Numbered from the stretch's first letter, positions 26,351 through 36,663 are shown. The stretch: 64,000 nt of DNA from Actinomycetota bacterium (GCA_019348495.1 JAHWJI010000001.1:9606-73605); one strand, 5' to 3'. Notes: generated by a model not told the origin, from the letters alone. Numbers and translations: made by a program.

Positions 26351-27025
26351 ATGGTGCACAGAACCCGGGTGATCATCCTCGGTCGACAGGGTGCGGGCAA
26401 GGGAACGCAGTGCGCACGCCTGGCGGCGCGCCTGGCGGTCCCCCACGTCTCGACCGGCGACCTGTTCCGGGCGGAGGCAGCCGAGGGTACGGAGCTCGGC
26501 CGCCAGGCGGCCGCCTATTTCGACGCCGGTTCTCTGGTCCCCGACGAGCTGGTCCTCGATCTCGTCGTCCAACGCCTCGACGCCGACGACGCCCGTGCCG
26601 CCGGCTATCTCCTCGACGGGTTCCCCCGCACCCTCGCCCAGGGCCAGGCGCTGTTCGAGGTGTTGGGAGACTGGGCCGCCGACGTGGCCGTGGAGCTCGA
26701 CGTGCCCACCAGCGTGGTCCTGCCCCGCCTGGCCGCCCGACGGGTGTGTCAGGACTGCGGCGCCACCTCCCGGGCTGCGCCCGGTGCAGCCGAGGTGGCC
26801 ACGTGCGAGAGGTGCGGGGGCACCGTCACCCGCCGCACCGACGACACCGACGAGGCCATCCACCGCCGCCTGGCCACCTACGACCAGGAGTCAGGGCCGT
26901 TGCTGAGCTGGTTCGACGACAAAGGCCTGCTGGTGCGGGTCGACGGCGTGGGCGACCCCGACGACGTCCACCACCGCCTACTCGACGCGGTGCGCAGCCG
27001 GATACCGGACATCGGCGAGGTGTAG
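26351..27025 (+). CDS. adk: adenylate kinase (long form with a 4-Cys zinc lid)
   Basis: ATG 26351 inside track ORF 25973..27025. ILGRQGAGKGTQ (P-loop), GYLLDGFPRT, and lid residues CQDCG...CERCGG. The upstream part of the track ORF overlaps the TPR gene on the other strand. Confidence 0.92.
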   Translation: MVHRTRVIILGRQGAGKGTQCARLAARLAVPHVSTGDLFRAEAAEGTELGRQAAAYFDAGSLVPDELVLDLVVQRLDADDARAAGYLLDGFPRTLAQGQALFEVLGDWAADVAVELDVPTSVVLPRLAARRVCQDCGATSRAAPGAAEVATCERCGGTVTRRTDDTDEAIHRRLATYDQESGPLLSWFDDKGLLVRVDGVGDPDDVHHRLLDAVRSRIPDIGEV

Positions 27026-27071
27026 TCGCGGGACCGGCGGGCATGGAGACATGCAGCCGGCTCCTGCCCCT

Positions 27072-27111
27072 CCCTGGCCCCGGGTGGCGATCGACCATCC
27101 CTGGGCCAGGG
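27072..27111. terminator. hairpin between convergent adk and desaturase genes (bidirectional terminator candidate)
   Basis: CCCTGGCCC (27072-27080) pairs with GGGCCAGGG (27103-27111). The inner part CGGGTGG/CCATCCC extends the stem imperfectly. Confidence 0.45.
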
Positions 27112-27128
27112 CGTGAGGGCGTGGGGTC

Positions 27129-28061
27129 TCAGACCATGGCGGGGCTGCGGCGCTGGCGTTCCTCGTTGGCGTACTGGCGCCGCTCGTTGACCCGCCGGCC
27201 GGCCTTGCCCACCCGGGCGATGTAGGCCACCACCCGCGTGCGTGCCTCCTCGGCTTCGGGAGTGAGGCCTTCCACCGACTCCAGGCCCCAGTGCTCGAGC
27301 ACGACGGGGCGCAGGATCCGCTCGTAGTGGTTGGCGAAGTCGTAGATGCCGGCGTTGGCGATGGCCCGGGCGTGGGACCCGAAGTCGGGGATGCCGGTAC
27401 CGGGCATGGCGAAGCCCCGAACCTGGCGATCGACGGCCAGGACCACCGCAGAAGGGTCGATGTGGAGCACGGCCGAGGTGGCGTCCCGGTAGAAGACGTG
27501 GTGGAGGTTCTCGTCGCCCGCCACCCGGGCCATGATGTCCCGCCCCTTGCGATCGGCCAGCAGGCGGCCCGTGTTGCCGTGGGAGATGCGCGTGGCCAGC
27601 TCCTGGAGACTGACGTAGACCAGGCCGTCGACCACCGTCTCCGGTTGGGGCACCTCACCCCGGCTCACCTGGCCCATCCTTCCCCGCTCGAGGGCCACGG
27701 GGTCGACGCTGCGGGTGACGGTCAGGTAATCGCGGATGACGATGGCGTGGCGGCCCTCCTCGGCCGTCCAGCGCCTGGTCCACGCGGCCCACGCCTCGTC
27801 GATCCCGAAGAGCCCGTTGATGGTGCGGAAGTAGTGCGGGAGGTTGTCCTCGGTGAGGAGGTTGACGAACAGGGCGCTGCGCACTGCCTCGTCCATGGGC
27901 GCCGAAGCCGGGTCCCACTCATCGCCGGCCTCGAAGTCGCGACCCAGGCTCCAGGGCACGAGCTCGTGGGGGAACCACTCCCGGGCGTTGTCCAGGTGGC
28001 GTTCGAGCAGCTGCTCGGCGACGGGCGAGAGCTCGTGGAGAAGGTCGATGTCTCGATCCAT
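27129..28061 (-). CDS. acyl-ACP desaturase (soluble di-iron, DesA-like)
   Basis: 310 aa with TEDNLPHY, WTAEEGRHAIVIRDYL, QELATRISHGNT and AGDENLHHVFYRD, which are the di-iron EExH motifs of fatty-acid desaturase type 2. Confidence 0.9.
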   Translation of the reverse strand: MDRDIDLLHELSPVAEQLLERHLDNAREWFPHELVPWSLGRDFEAGDEWDPASAPMDEAVRSALFVNLLTEDNLPHYFRTINGLFGIDEAWAAWTRRWTAEEGRHAIVIRDYLTVTRSVDPVALERGRMGQVSRGEVPQPETVVDGLVYVSLQELATRISHGNTGRLLADRKGRDIMARVAGDENLHHVFYRDATSAVLHIDPSAVVLAVDRQVRGFAMPGTGIPDFGSHARAIANAGIYDFANHYERILRPVVLEHWGLESVEGLTPEAEEARTRVVAYIARVGKAGRRVNERRQYANEERQRRSPAMV

Positions 28062-28070
28062 GCCCCCATC

Positions 28071-28721
28071 CTACCGACCAGTAGGTAGGTCTGGCAAGCC
28101 TCCTACGCGGTCGAGGGGCACGCCCTCCAGCGCCCGCCAGCAGTACCAGGCCAGCACCGATCGCCAGGGGCGAGCGACGTCGCCCATGGTCTCCAGGGCG
28201 GCCGGCCCCGGTGTCTGGGCCAGGCCGTGGATCACCGCGTAGCCCCGGCGCACGCCCAGGTCACCGGTGGGCCAGACGTCGAGCCTTCCCAGGCTGAAGA
28301 TCAAGAACATCTGCGCCGTCCAGCGCCCGATGCCGCGCACCTGGCTCAGCCGGGCCACGACGTCCTCGTCGTCGAGCCCGGCCACCTGGGCCAGATCCAG
28401 CGAGCCGTCGGCCACCCGCTGCGCCAGGTCGGCCATCGCCGCCGCCTTGGCCGCCGAGAGCCCGGCTGACCGCAGCGCCGCCGGCTCCAAGGCGACGACG
28501 TGCTGGGCGACGAAGCCCCCGGGTGCCAGGGCCCGCACGCGGGCCCAGATCGCCGCTGCCGCCCGGCCGGCGAGCTGTTGGTGGACGATGGCCGCGGCCA
28601 GGGCCTCGAAGTGGTCGGCCACCGCTGCCCGCCGAGACCTGAACCTGCAGGGACCGTGGTGCTCGACCAGCCGGGCCAGGCCCGGCGTACGCGACACCAA
28701 CTCGGCCTCGATGACCGCCAT
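28071..28721 (-). CDS. HhH-GPD DNA glycosylase (3-methyladenine glycosylase II-like)
   Basis: ATG 28721 inside track ORF 28071..28829. LSQVRGIGRWTAQMFLIFSLGRLDVWPTGDLGVRRG is the HhH-GPD motif with the catalytic Asp. Confidence 0.8.
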   Translation of the reverse strand: MAVIEAELVSRTPGLARLVEHHGPCRFRSRRAAVADHFEALAAAIVHQQLAGRAAAAIWARVRALAPGGFVAQHVVALEPAALRSAGLSAAKAAAMADLAQRVADGSLDLAQVAGLDDEDVVARLSQVRGIGRWTAQMFLIFSLGRLDVWPTGDLGVRRGYAVIHGLAQTPGPAALETMGDVARPWRSVLAWYCWRALEGVPLDRVGGLPDLPTGR

Positions 28722-28827
28722 GTCGGCGATGGATCGCCCACCCCCCGCCCACTGCCCTGTCGTCCCCTCGAAATCCACAGGGTTCTCCCTCTGGATGCCC
28801 CCAGGCCTCCGGATCCATGATGGCCCC

Positions 28828-29037
28828 ATGGGCTACGAGGTGACCATCTGCGACGGGAACAACGAGTTGGTGGTCGGGGCCGACACCTACCAGCTCGAGG
28901 GGCCCCTCACCACCTTCTTCAGCACCGACGCCGGCCGGCGGGTGGTGGACTGCTGGAGCGTGCGCCTGGCCAGCTTCCGCACCGTCGACGTGGTGCGCAT
29001 ACGCCGGGTGGACGGCGCCGAGGTGCGGGCGGCGTGA
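28828..29037 (+). CDS. hypothetical protein (69 aa)
   Basis: Internal ATG of track ORF 28267..29037 (MGYEVTICDGNNELVVGADTYQLEGPLTTFF...). Strong GC3 bias but no clear SD and no family recognised. Confidence 0.45.
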   Translation: MGYEVTICDGNNELVVGADTYQLEGPLTTFFSTDAGRRVVDCWSVRLASFRTVDVVRIRRVDGAEVRAA

Positions 29038-29062
29038 GGGTGACGGCGTGGCCTGGGACCGG

Positions 29063-29491
29063 TCAGTCGTCAGGTGGGCGACGTAGTCGCTTGGTCTGGG
29101 CCCGGCGGCCCTTGGCCTCGAGCCGGCGCCGCTGCGACCCCCTGCTGGGGCGGGTCGCCCGCCGAGGTGCGGCCACGGCCAGGCCTCCCGCCAACCGGGC
29201 CCCCAGGCGGTCGAGAGCCAGGGCCCGGTTGCGGAGCTGAGACCGCTCGTCGGACGCCACCGCCCGTACCTCGGGACCCAAGCGCTCGAGCAGGCGCTGG
29301 CGTTGCCCAGGTGCGAGCGACGGCGAGTGGGCCACGTCGAACATCACCTCCACTCGGGTGTCGGAGGTGTTGGCGTGCTGGCCCCCGGGCCCGCCACTGC
29401 GGCTGAAGCGCCAGCGCAGCTCGGCCAACGGGATCCGACAGCCCCGTACCACCGAGAGGTGGCCGCCCCCCACCCCGTCGCCGTCGACCAC
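29063..29491 (-). CDS. arfB: alternative ribosome-rescue factor ArfB (peptidyl-tRNA hydrolase, RF-1 domain)
   Basis: 142 aa. SGGPGGQHANTSDTRVE carries the GGQ motif and is followed by a basic C-terminal tail (RRRLEAKGRRAQTKRLRR). Confidence 0.88.
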   Translation of the reverse strand: MVDGDGVGGGHLSVVRGCRIPLAELRWRFSRSGGPGGQHANTSDTRVEVMFDVAHSPSLAPGQRQRLLERLGPEVRAVASDERSQLRNRALALDRLGARLAGGLAVAAPRRATRPSRGSQRRRLEAKGRRAQTKRLRRPPDD

Positions 29492-29522
29492 GCCGACCGA
29501 CGGTACCGCCCCGCTGCCCGAA

Positions 29523-29972
29523 TCACCGCCCGCCAGAGGCCAGGTCGAGCACGACGGTGTGGTGGGGGAGGTCGTCAGCGGCGAGGTAGCCCTGCCCCTC
29601 CACCACCCAATCCCGGCGCTGGTAGAAGCCGAGCGCCGTGTCCCGCCCGGCAGCCCACAGCACCTCGGCGCCGAGGACCCGGGCCCGGGCCACCACCGCG
29701 TCGAGCAGCACCGCCCCCAGGCCCGTCCCCTGGCGAAGGGGTTCCACCGCCATGCCCCGCACCCGCCAGGACCGCCGGCCGGGGCGATGGACGGTGCCGG
29801 CCGGATGAGCGGAAGCGACGGCCACCACGCTTCCCTCGTCGATCACGGCGAGATGGAACGCACCCGGCTCGGTGTCGCCGGCGAAGGCCACGCTGGCATC
29901 GGGATGACCTTCGCGCAGCACCCGGCGGCGCAGGTCGTAGGTGACCTCGGCGCTCACCTCCCGCACCTCCAC
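29523..29972 (-). CDS. GNAT-family N-acetyltransferase
   Basis: 149 aa. RVRGMAVEPLRQGTGLGAVLLDAVV is the acetyl-CoA binding motif A (Q/RxxGxG/A). Confidence 0.8.
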   Translation of the reverse strand: MEVREVSAEVTYDLRRRVLREGHPDASVAFAGDTEPGAFHLAVIDEGSVVAVASAHPAGTVHRPGRRSWRVRGMAVEPLRQGTGLGAVLLDAVVARARVLGAEVLWAAGRDTALGFYQRRDWVVEGQGYLAADDLPHHTVVLDLASGGR

Positions 29973-30007
29973 CTGGCGCCCGAGCGAGCTCTCCGAAGGC
30001 CGGACGG

Positions 30008-30271
30008 CTACAGGTGCTCGGCCGCCGCAGCCTGGACGGCGGCGGTGATGGGCGCCCAGTCGGCCCCCGGTCGGCGTGTGACGGTGACGAAGTCGGCAGT
30101 CCCGAACACCGAGGCCACACCTTCGGCGGCGAAGACGGCGACGGCGAAGTCGTTGCCCTGGGCGACCGCGGCGTCGGCGCTGGCCACGTTCATGGGCGCG
30201 GCCAACCGACGGTCGAGGGTGTACTTCATGGCATCGGGGTTGGGCGTGGGTGAGGGCGAGGCGGTGGCCAT
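30008..30271 (-). CDS. NifU N-terminal (Nfu_N) domain-containing small protein
   Basis: 87 aa. NPDAMKYTLDRRL...FAAEGVASVFGTADFVTVTRRPGADW resembles the Nfu_N scaffold domain. Confidence 0.65.
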   Translation of the reverse strand: MATASPSPTPNPDAMKYTLDRRLAAPMNVASADAAVAQGNDFAVAVFAAEGVASVFGTADFVTVTRRPGADWAPITAAVQAAAAEHL

Positions 30272-30296
30272 GGGCCCTGATCCTACGGTTTGACCC

Positions 30297-30548
30297 CTAC
30301 GGCGCCGCCCCCGCCCCGCCGGGCGGGTCGAGGTGCTCCTCGTCGACGATGTCGGGCAGCTCGAAGTGCTCGCCGGCGATGCGCTCGGCCGTGGCCGCCA
30401 GATCGGCCTGGAGCGCCTCGATCTCGACCGTCAGCGCCTCGGCCCGGTCGCTGCGGCCCTGGACCAGCGCCCGCTCCCGCTTCTCCACCAACTCGGTGAG
30501 CTGCAGCTCCACGCCCACGGCGTGGTCTTCCAAACGTGGGTCGGTCAC
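30297..30548 (-). CDS. hypothetical coiled-coil protein (83 aa)
   Basis: GTG 30548 inside track ORF 30297..31085 (VTDPRLEDHAVGVELQLTELVEKRERALVQ...). GC3 bias supports this frame. The rest of the track ORF is Arg/Pro shadow sequence antisense to the next gene. Confidence 0.45.
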   Translation of the reverse strand: MTDPRLEDHAVGVELQLTELVEKRERALVQGRSDRAEALTVEIEALQADLAATAERIAGEHFELPDIVDEEHLDPPGGAGAAP

Positions 30549-30568
30549 GGCCGGGAGCGTAGGCTCCG

Positions 30569-32008
30569 ATGATGAGACCGGGCCACCCCTACGACCTCGT
30601 CGTGGTGGGGATGGGTTCCGGCGGCATGGTGGCCGCCGAGCTGGCCGCCTCCCTGCCCCTCCGGGTCGCCGTCGTCGAGCGGGACCGGGTGGGGGGCGAG
30701 TGCCTGTGGACCGGCTGCGTCCCGAGCAAGGCCCTGCTGGCCTCGGCCCGGGTGGCCCAGGCCATGCGCACCGCCCACCGCTTCGGTCTCGAAGCCGTCG
30801 ATCCCGACATCGACACCGCCGCGGTCTGGGCCCGGGTGCGCGCCGTCCAGGACGACATCGCCGCCACCGACGACAGCCCACATCGCTTCGAGGCGCTCGG
30901 GATGGAGGTGATCTCCGGTAGCGCCCGGCTGGTCGACCCCCACACCGTGGCCGTGGGCGATCGCCGCCTGTCCACCCGCTTCGTGCTGTTGTGCACGGGG
31001 AGCCGGCCTTCGTCACCGCCCATCGAAGGTCTGGCCGAGGCCGGCTTCCTGACCAACGAGACGGTCTTCGCCCTGGCCCGGCCACCGGCGTCGATCACCA
31101 TGATCGGCGGCGGCCCCATCGCCATCGAGCTGGCCCAGGCCATGCACCGCTTGGGGATCGGGGTGACGGTGCTGGAGAAGATGCCGGCCATCCTCCCCCG
31201 GGAGCAACCCGAGCTGGTCGCCGTCCTGGCCCGCCTCCTCGGCGAAGAGGGCCTCGACATCCGCACCGGCGTCGACATCGCACGGGTCGTCGTCGAGGGG
31301 GGCCGCAAGGTGGTGGAGGGCACCGAGGCCGGCGTGACCCGGCGCTGGCACGCCGATGAGCTCCTCGTCGCCGTGGGCCGCACACCCAACGTCGACGGCC
31401 TGGGCCTGGACGACGTCGGGGTGGCCACGACGCCCAAGGGGGTGGAGGTCGATGACCGCATGCGGACCTCCGTGCCGTCGGTCTACGCCGCCGGCGACGT
31501 GGCCGGGCGCTTGTTGTTCACCCACTCGGCCGCCCACGAGGCGGTGCGGGCCGTGCGCGACATGTTCTTCCCGGGCCGGGGCACGGTCGCCCAACTGGTG
31601 CCGTGGTGCACCTTCACCGACCCCGAGCTGGCCCATGTGGGGGTGACCGCCGAGGAGGCCCGGAGCGACGGCCGTGGCCACGTCGAGGTGCACCGCCTGG
31701 ACCTGTCCCACTCCGACCGTGCTCGTGCCGACGGGCACGCCGAGGGCAGCGTCATGGTGGTGGCCGCCGATGGGGTGGTGGTGGGAGCCCACATCCTGGC
31801 TCCGTCCGCCGGTGAGGTGGTCCACGAGCTGGCCCTGGCCGTCCACCGGGGCATGAAGCTCTCGGAGCTGGCGTCGCTGATCCACGTCTACCCGACGGTG
31901 GCCACGTCGGTGGGACAGCTCGCCGCCGAGAGCGCCTTCACCGGTGCCCGGCGCTGGGCCTGGACGGTGCGGGCGGGACGACTGTGGGACCGCCTACGGG
32001 GGGACTGA
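30569..32008 (+). CDS. class I pyridine nucleotide-disulfide oxidoreductase (dihydrolipoamide dehydrogenase/mercuric reductase-like)
   Basis: 479 aa with DLVVVGMGSGGMVAA, the redox-active GGECLWTGCVPSK, a second GGGPIAIELA Rossmann motif, and C-terminal HVYPT. Confidence 0.88.
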   Translation: MMRPGHPYDLVVVGMGSGGMVAAELAASLPLRVAVVERDRVGGECLWTGCVPSKALLASARVAQAMRTAHRFGLEAVDPDIDTAAVWARVRAVQDDIAATDDSPHRFEALGMEVISGSARLVDPHTVAVGDRRLSTRFVLLCTGSRPSSPPIEGLAEAGFLTNETVFALARPPASITMIGGGPIAIELAQAMHRLGIGVTVLEKMPAILPREQPELVAVLARLLGEEGLDIRTGVDIARVVVEGGRKVVEGTEAGVTRRWHADELLVAVGRTPNVDGLGLDDVGVATTPKGVEVDDRMRTSVPSVYAAGDVAGRLLFTHSAAHEAVRAVRDMFFPGRGTVAQLVPWCTFTDPELAHVGVTAEEARSDGRGHVEVHRLDLSHSDRARADGHAEGSVMVVAADGVVVGAHILAPSAGEVVHELALAVHRGMKLSELASLIHVYPTVATSVGQLAAESAFTGARRWAWTVRAGRLWDRLRGD

Positions 32009-32214
32009 GCCATTTTGGGGGCCGATGAGGGCCCTGGCCCGGTGCGCTACTCCGTCGTCGTCCTCCTAGCCTGGTCCGGACCGCCTCATCACCCACTCCG
32101 CCTACGACTGCGAGGAGCGCGCCCGTGAACCGTCCGAGCCTGGACCTGTGGCTGCCACCCATCCGCAACCACGACTGGGTCACCGCCCAGTGCGGCTACC
32201 GGTAGCGCCCGCTG

Positions 32215-33468
32215 ATGCCGTCTCCTCACCGCTGCCTGCGGGCAGCCGATGTCGAGTCCTTCGTCCGGACCCGGTGCTTCGCCCCGGCCGAGCACGGTCG
32301 CATCGGCATCGAGCTGGAGCGGGTGGTGGTGGCCGCGGCTGATCCGTGGTCTCCCGTCGATCACGCCGCCGTGTCCGGAGCCGTCGCCGCCCTGGCTGAT
32401 CTGCCCGGCGGCAGCCGCGTGACCTTCGAGCCCGGGGGCCAGCTCGAGGTCAGCTCGCCGCCCCGCACCGGCCCGGCCCAGGCGTGCGCCGTCACCGCCG
32501 CCGACCTCGCCGTGGTAGACCCCGCCATCCTGCACCTCGGGCTCGACCTCGTCGGGATCGGCCTGCATCCCCGGGGTGAGGGGCGACAGGTGGTCGAGAA
32601 CCCTCGCTACCGGGCCATGGCCGCCTACTTCGACGCCGAGGGCAGCTGCGGGCGGACGATGATGTGCAGCACGGCGTCGCTCCAGGTCAACGTCGACATC
32701 GGCGACGGGCGGTCCCAGGCCGAGCGTTGGCGTCTGGCCCATCGCCTGGGCCCGGTCCTGCTCGCCGCCTTCGCCAACTCACCCCTCACCGGCGGTGTTC
32801 CCAACGGGCAGCGCTCGGGTCGGGCTGGGGTGTGGGCCGGCATCGACGCCAGCCGGACCGCCGCCGCCGGTGATGGTGGCGACGACACCAGGGACCCGGC
32901 GCGGGCCTGGACCCGCTACGCCCTGGCTGCCCGGGTCATGTTGATGCGCGTCGGCGAGGACCGGATGGTCCCCATGACCAGGCCCCTGCCCTTCGCCCGG
33001 TGGATCGACGAGGGCCACGAGTTGGGCTTCCCCACGGTCGAGGACCTCGAGTACCACCTGGGCACGCTCTTCCCCCCGGTGCGGCCGCGCGGCTGGCTGG
33101 AGCTGCGCATGGTCGACTCGCTGCCCGACCCGTGGTGGCGGGTGGCGGTGGCGGTGTGCGCCGCCCTGTTCGACGACGGCGAAGCGACCGAGCGGGCACT
33201 GCGCGCCACCGAGGCCACTGGGGGGCTCTGGGCCGAGGCCGCTCGCCACGGCCTCGCCCACCCCGCGCTGGGCTCGGCCGCCCGCACCTGCTTCGCAGCC
33301 GCCCTCGACGCCCTACCCGCACTGGGGGGCGACGACCTGGTCCCGGCCGTGGCCGCCTTCTCCGACGCCTTCGTCGAACGGGGCCGCTGCCCGGGCGACG
33401 ACGTGCTCGACGCTGCCGCCGGCGCCGAGGAGCGGAGGCCCGCGGCTGCGGTGGCCGAGGCGTGGTGA
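32215..33468 (+). CDS. egtA: glutamate-cysteine ligase EgtA (ergothioneine pathway)
   Basis: 417 aa of the GCS2 family (IGIELERVVV, TFEPGGQLEVSSP, MMCSTASLQVNVD, LRMVDS), directly upstream of egtB-C-D. Confidence 0.88.
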   Translation: MPSPHRCLRAADVESFVRTRCFAPAEHGRIGIELERVVVAAADPWSPVDHAAVSGAVAALADLPGGSRVTFEPGGQLEVSSPPRTGPAQACAVTAADLAVVDPAILHLGLDLVGIGLHPRGEGRQVVENPRYRAMAAYFDAEGSCGRTMMCSTASLQVNVDIGDGRSQAERWRLAHRLGPVLLAAFANSPLTGGVPNGQRSGRAGVWAGIDASRTAAAGDGGDDTRDPARAWTRYALAARVMLMRVGEDRMVPMTRPLPFARWIDEGHELGFPTVEDLEYHLGTLFPPVRPRGWLELRMVDSLPDPWWRVAVAVCAALFDDGEATERALRATEATGGLWAEAARHGLAHPALGSAARTCFAAALDALPALGGDDLVPAVAAFSDAFVERGRCPGDDVLDAAAGAEERRPAAAVAEAW

Positions 33469-34835
33469 CGGGCCCGAGCGAGGCCGGCCCCGCCGGCCTG
33501 CGGGCCCACGTGGCCGCTGAGCTCGACGCCGCCCGTCGGCGTTCGTTGGACCTGCTGGCGCCGCTGTCCGAGGCCGACCTCGTGCGCCAACACTCGCCGT
33601 TGATGTCCCCGCTCTGCTGGGACCTGGCCCACGTCGCCAACTTCGAGGACCTTTGGCTGGTGCGCGCCCTCGGGGGCGACGCGGTGGGCGCGGACCACGA
33701 CCACCTCTACGACGCGTTCGCCAACCCCCGGGCCGAGCGCCCCTCGCTCCCCCTGCTCGATCCGGTCGGCGCCCGGGCCTACCTCCACGAGGTGCGGGGC
33801 CGGGCCCTGGACCTCCTCGAGCACGCCGAGCTGGAGAGCAGCCACGAGCTGCTCGGTGCCGGCTTCGTCTACGGGATGGTCCTCCAACACGAGCACCAGC
33901 ACGACGAGACCATGCTGGCCACCCTGCAGCTCATGGACGCCCCCGGTTACCGCCCGCCCCACTCGTCGCCGTCGTCACCACCTCGTCCTTCGTGGCATGA
34001 AGCCTCTGGGGCACGGCCCAGTCGACAGCGCACGTGGGTGGCGCCCGGCGAGGAGGTCCTGGTCGACGGCGGCCCCTTCCTGATGGGCACCGACACCCAT
34101 GCCTGGGCCTACGACAACGAGCGGCCCGCACACGTGGTCGACCTGGCGCCGTTTCGCATCGACGTGCTGCCCACCACCAACAGCCAGTACCTGGAGTTCG
34201 TGGAGGCCGGGGGGTACCAGCAGCGACAGTGGTGGAGCGACGCGGGCTGGGCCTGGCGCATGGGGGCCGGCCTCGACCACCCCGGTTGCTGGCGGCGCCA
34301 CGGCGCCGGCGCCTGGTCCCAGAACCGCTTCGGCTGGGAGGAGGACCTGGCCCTCGACGAAGCCGTCCAGCACGTGTGCTGGTACGAGGCCGACGCCTAC
34401 GCCCGCTGGCGGGGCCGCCGGCTGCCCAGCGAGGCGGAGTGGGAGAAGGCGGCCTCGTGGGACCCACACAAAGGGGTCAAGCGCAGCTATCCCTGGGGCG
34501 ACCACGAGCCCACGCCGGCCCTGGCCAACCTGGGCCAACGCCGCTTCGGGCCCGCTCCCGTGGGGTCGTGTCCCGACGGCGCCAGCGCCTACGGCTGCCA
34601 GCACATGGTGGGCGACGTGTGGGAGTGGACCTCGTCGGACTTCGGCCCCTACCCCGGCTTCCGGGCCTTCCCCTACAAGGAGTACTCCCAGGTGTTCTGG
34701 GGGTCCGACCACAAGGTGTTGCGGGGCGGGTCGTGGGCCACCCACCGCTCGGCCGTGCGCTGCACCTTCCGCAACTGGGACTACCCCATCCGCCGCCAGA
34801 TCTTCGCCGGGCTGCGCTGCGCCCGCGACGCCTGA
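33465..34835 (+). CDS. egtB: hercynine oxygenase / sulfoxide synthase EgtB
   Basis: GTG 33465 inside track ORF 33000..34835 (GTGA overlap with the egtA stop). DinB_2 part ([26 protein letters not shown]) plus FGE-sulfatase part ([26 protein letters not shown]). Confidence 0.92.
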   Translation: MTGPSEAGPAGLRAHVAAELDAARRRSLDLLAPLSEADLVRQHSPLMSPLCWDLAHVANFEDLWLVRALGGDAVGADHDHLYDAFANPRAERPSLPLLDPVGARAYLHEVRGRALDLLEHAELESSHELLGAGFVYGMVLQHEHQHDETMLATLQLMDAPGYRPPHSSPSSPPRPSWHEASGARPSRQRTWVAPGEEVLVDGGPFLMGTDTHAWAYDNERPAHVVDLAPFRIDVLPTTNSQYLEFVEAGGYQQRQWWSDAGWAWRMGAGLDHPGCWRRHGAGAWSQNRFGWEEDLALDEAVQHVCWYEADAYARWRGRRLPSEAEWEKAASWDPHKGVKRSYPWGDHEPTPALANLGQRRFGPAPVGSCPDGASAYGCQHMVGDVWEWTSSDFGPYPGFRAFPYKEYSQVFWGSDHKVLRGGSWATHRSAVRCTFRNWDYPIRRQIFAGLRCARDA

Positions 34836-34849
34836 GCGCCTCGCTGCCC

Positions 34850-35647
34850 ATGTGCCGCTTCGTGGCCTACCTCGGCCCGCCCGTGACCCTCGAGTCGGTG
34901 GTGTCGGCCCCCGAGCACTCGCTCGTGCGCCAGTCCTACGCCCCCCGCCACCAACGTCACGGACGGGTCAACGCCGACGGCTTCGGGGTGGGCTGGTACG
35001 ACCGGTCGGTGCGGGCTGCACCAGCCCGCTACCGCTCCGATCGGCCCATCTGGTCCGACCGCTCCCTGGCCAGCATGGCCGGCCTGGTGCGCTCGGGCGC
35101 GGTGCTCGCCGCCGTGCGCGACGCCACGCCCCCTGCGGCCGTGGAGGAGAGCGGCTCGCCGCCGTTCGCCTCGGGGCCGTGGCTGTTCGCCCACAACGGG
35201 GCGGTGACCGGCTTCGCCGAGGGCTCCGGCGTGGCCCTGCGCCGGCGCGTCGCACCCGCCCGCATGGCCGGCATCGAGGGGGCGAGCGACAGCGAGGTCG
35301 TCTTCGCCCTGGTGCTCGGCGCCCTCGACGCCGGGGCCGACCTCGCCGGGGCCCTGGCCGCCGCCGTGGCCGCGGTCGAGTCGGTGGCCCCGGCCCGGCT
35401 CAACCTGGTGCTCACCGACGGCGTGGCCGTGGCCGCCAGCGCCAGTGGCGACACCCTGTTCCTCCTGGACGATCCCTGGTCGGGCCGGAGGGCGGGTCGG
35501 GCCACGGTGGTGGCGTCGGAGCCCTACGACGACGACCCCCGCTGGGTCACGGTTCCCGATCGCTCGATCGTGTGCGTGAGTGCCGGGGGTGCCACGGTGG
35601 CGCCGCTGGGCTCGCTGGCGCCCCCGACCACCCAGGAGGCGCGGTGA
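34850..35647 (+). CDS. egtC: gamma-glutamyl-hercynylcysteine sulfoxide hydrolase EgtC (class II amidotransferase)
   Basis: ATG 34850 inside track ORF 34034..35647. The [10 protein letters not shown]-terminal nucleophile Cys, [17 protein letters not shown] and SDSEV. Confidence 0.9.
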   Translation: MCRFVAYLGPPVTLESVVSAPEHSLVRQSYAPRHQRHGRVNADGFGVGWYDRSVRAAPARYRSDRPIWSDRSLASMAGLVRSGAVLAAVRDATPPAAVEESGSPPFASGPWLFAHNGAVTGFAEGSGVALRRRVAPARMAGIEGASDSEVVFALVLGALDAGADLAGALAAAVAAVESVAPARLNLVLTDGVAVAASASGDTLFLLDDPWSGRRAGRATVVASEPYDDDPRWVTVPDRSIVCVSAGGATVAPLGSLAPPTTQEAR

Positions 35648-36633
35648 GCGGGGGGGGCACCGTCGTGTGCGTCGACGTCCACCTCCAGGACGCCGACCTG
35701 GCTGCGGCGCTGCGCCACGACGCCCGGCGGGGCCTGGGGGCGTCGCCCAAGTGGCTGGCGCCCAAGTGGTTCTACGACGATCGCGGCTCCGCCCTCTTCG
35801 ACGCCATCACCCGACTGCCCGAGTACTACCCGACCCGGTGCGAGACCGAGATCCTCCAGTGCCGGGCCACCGAGATCGCCGCCGCCTGCAGGGCTGACAC
35901 CCTCATCGAGCTGGGGTCGGGAACCTCGCACAAGACCCGTCTGCTGCTCGATGCCCTCGCCGCCTCCGGTGCCCTGTCCCGGGTTGTGCCCTTCGACGTG
36001 AGCGAGGCCACACTGCGAAGCGCCGCCGATGCCCTGGCCTCGTCCTACCCCGACGTCGAGGTCCACGCCGTGGTGGGAGACTTCGAGCACCACCTGCACC
36101 TCTTGCCCCCTGGCGGGCGGCGCCTGGTGGCGTTCCTGGGGGGGACCATCGGCAACCTCGAGCCCGCCCAGCGAGCAGCCTTGCTCGCCGACGTGGCCGC
36201 CGGCCTCGCTCCCGGCGACGGCCTGCTCCTCGGCACCGATCTGGTCAAGGACCCCCGGCGCCTGGTCGCGGCCTACGACGACACCGCCGGGGTGACGGCA
36301 GCGTTCAACGTGAACGTGCTCCGGGTGCTCAACCGGGAGCTGGGCGCTGACTTCGACCCGGCGCGCTTTGCCCACGTCGCCCACTGGGACGCCGGACGGG
36401 AGCGCATCGAGATGCGGCTGCGGTCGTCGGCCACCCAGAGGGTGACGCTGCCCGAGATCGACCTGTGCGTCACCTTCGCCGAGGGTGAGGAGCTGCGCAC
36501 CGAGATCAGCTCCAAGTTCCGCCGGGAGCGGGTGGAGGCGGAGCTGGCCACCGCCGGGCTGCGCCTGGCCCGGTGGTGGACCGACGCCGCCGGCGACTTC
36601 GCCCTGTCGCTGTCCTTCCCGGCGGCGACGTAG
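35644..36633 (+). CDS. egtD: L-histidine N-alpha-methyltransferase EgtD
   Basis: GTG 35644 inside track ORF 34099..36633 (GTGA overlap with the egtC stop). [68 protein letters not shown]. Confidence 0.92.
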   Translation: MSGGGTVVCVDVHLQDADLAAALRHDARRGLGASPKWLAPKWFYDDRGSALFDAITRLPEYYPTRCETEILQCRATEIAAACRADTLIELGSGTSHKTRLLLDALAASGALSRVVPFDVSEATLRSAADALASSYPDVEVHAVVGDFEHHLHLLPPGGRRLVAFLGGTIGNLEPAQRAALLADVAAGLAPGDGLLLGTDLVKDPRRLVAAYDDTAGVTAAFNVNVLRVLNRELGADFDPARFAHVAHWDAGRERIEMRLRSSATQRVTLPEIDLCVTFAEGEELRTEISSKFRRERVEAELATAGLRLARWWTDAAGDFALSLSFPAAT

Positions 36634-36663
36634 AGGCTTCCCCGACGACGACGAATCCCTTGC

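Noticed and set aside
32025-32069. Upstream mini-ORF MRALARCATPSSSS in the 206-nt spacer before egtA, as a possible Cys/Ser leader peptide.
   Set aside because: No Shine-Dalgarno sequence, no obvious alternative terminator or antiterminator pairing, and in this GC-rich DNA a 14-codon ORF is expected by chance.
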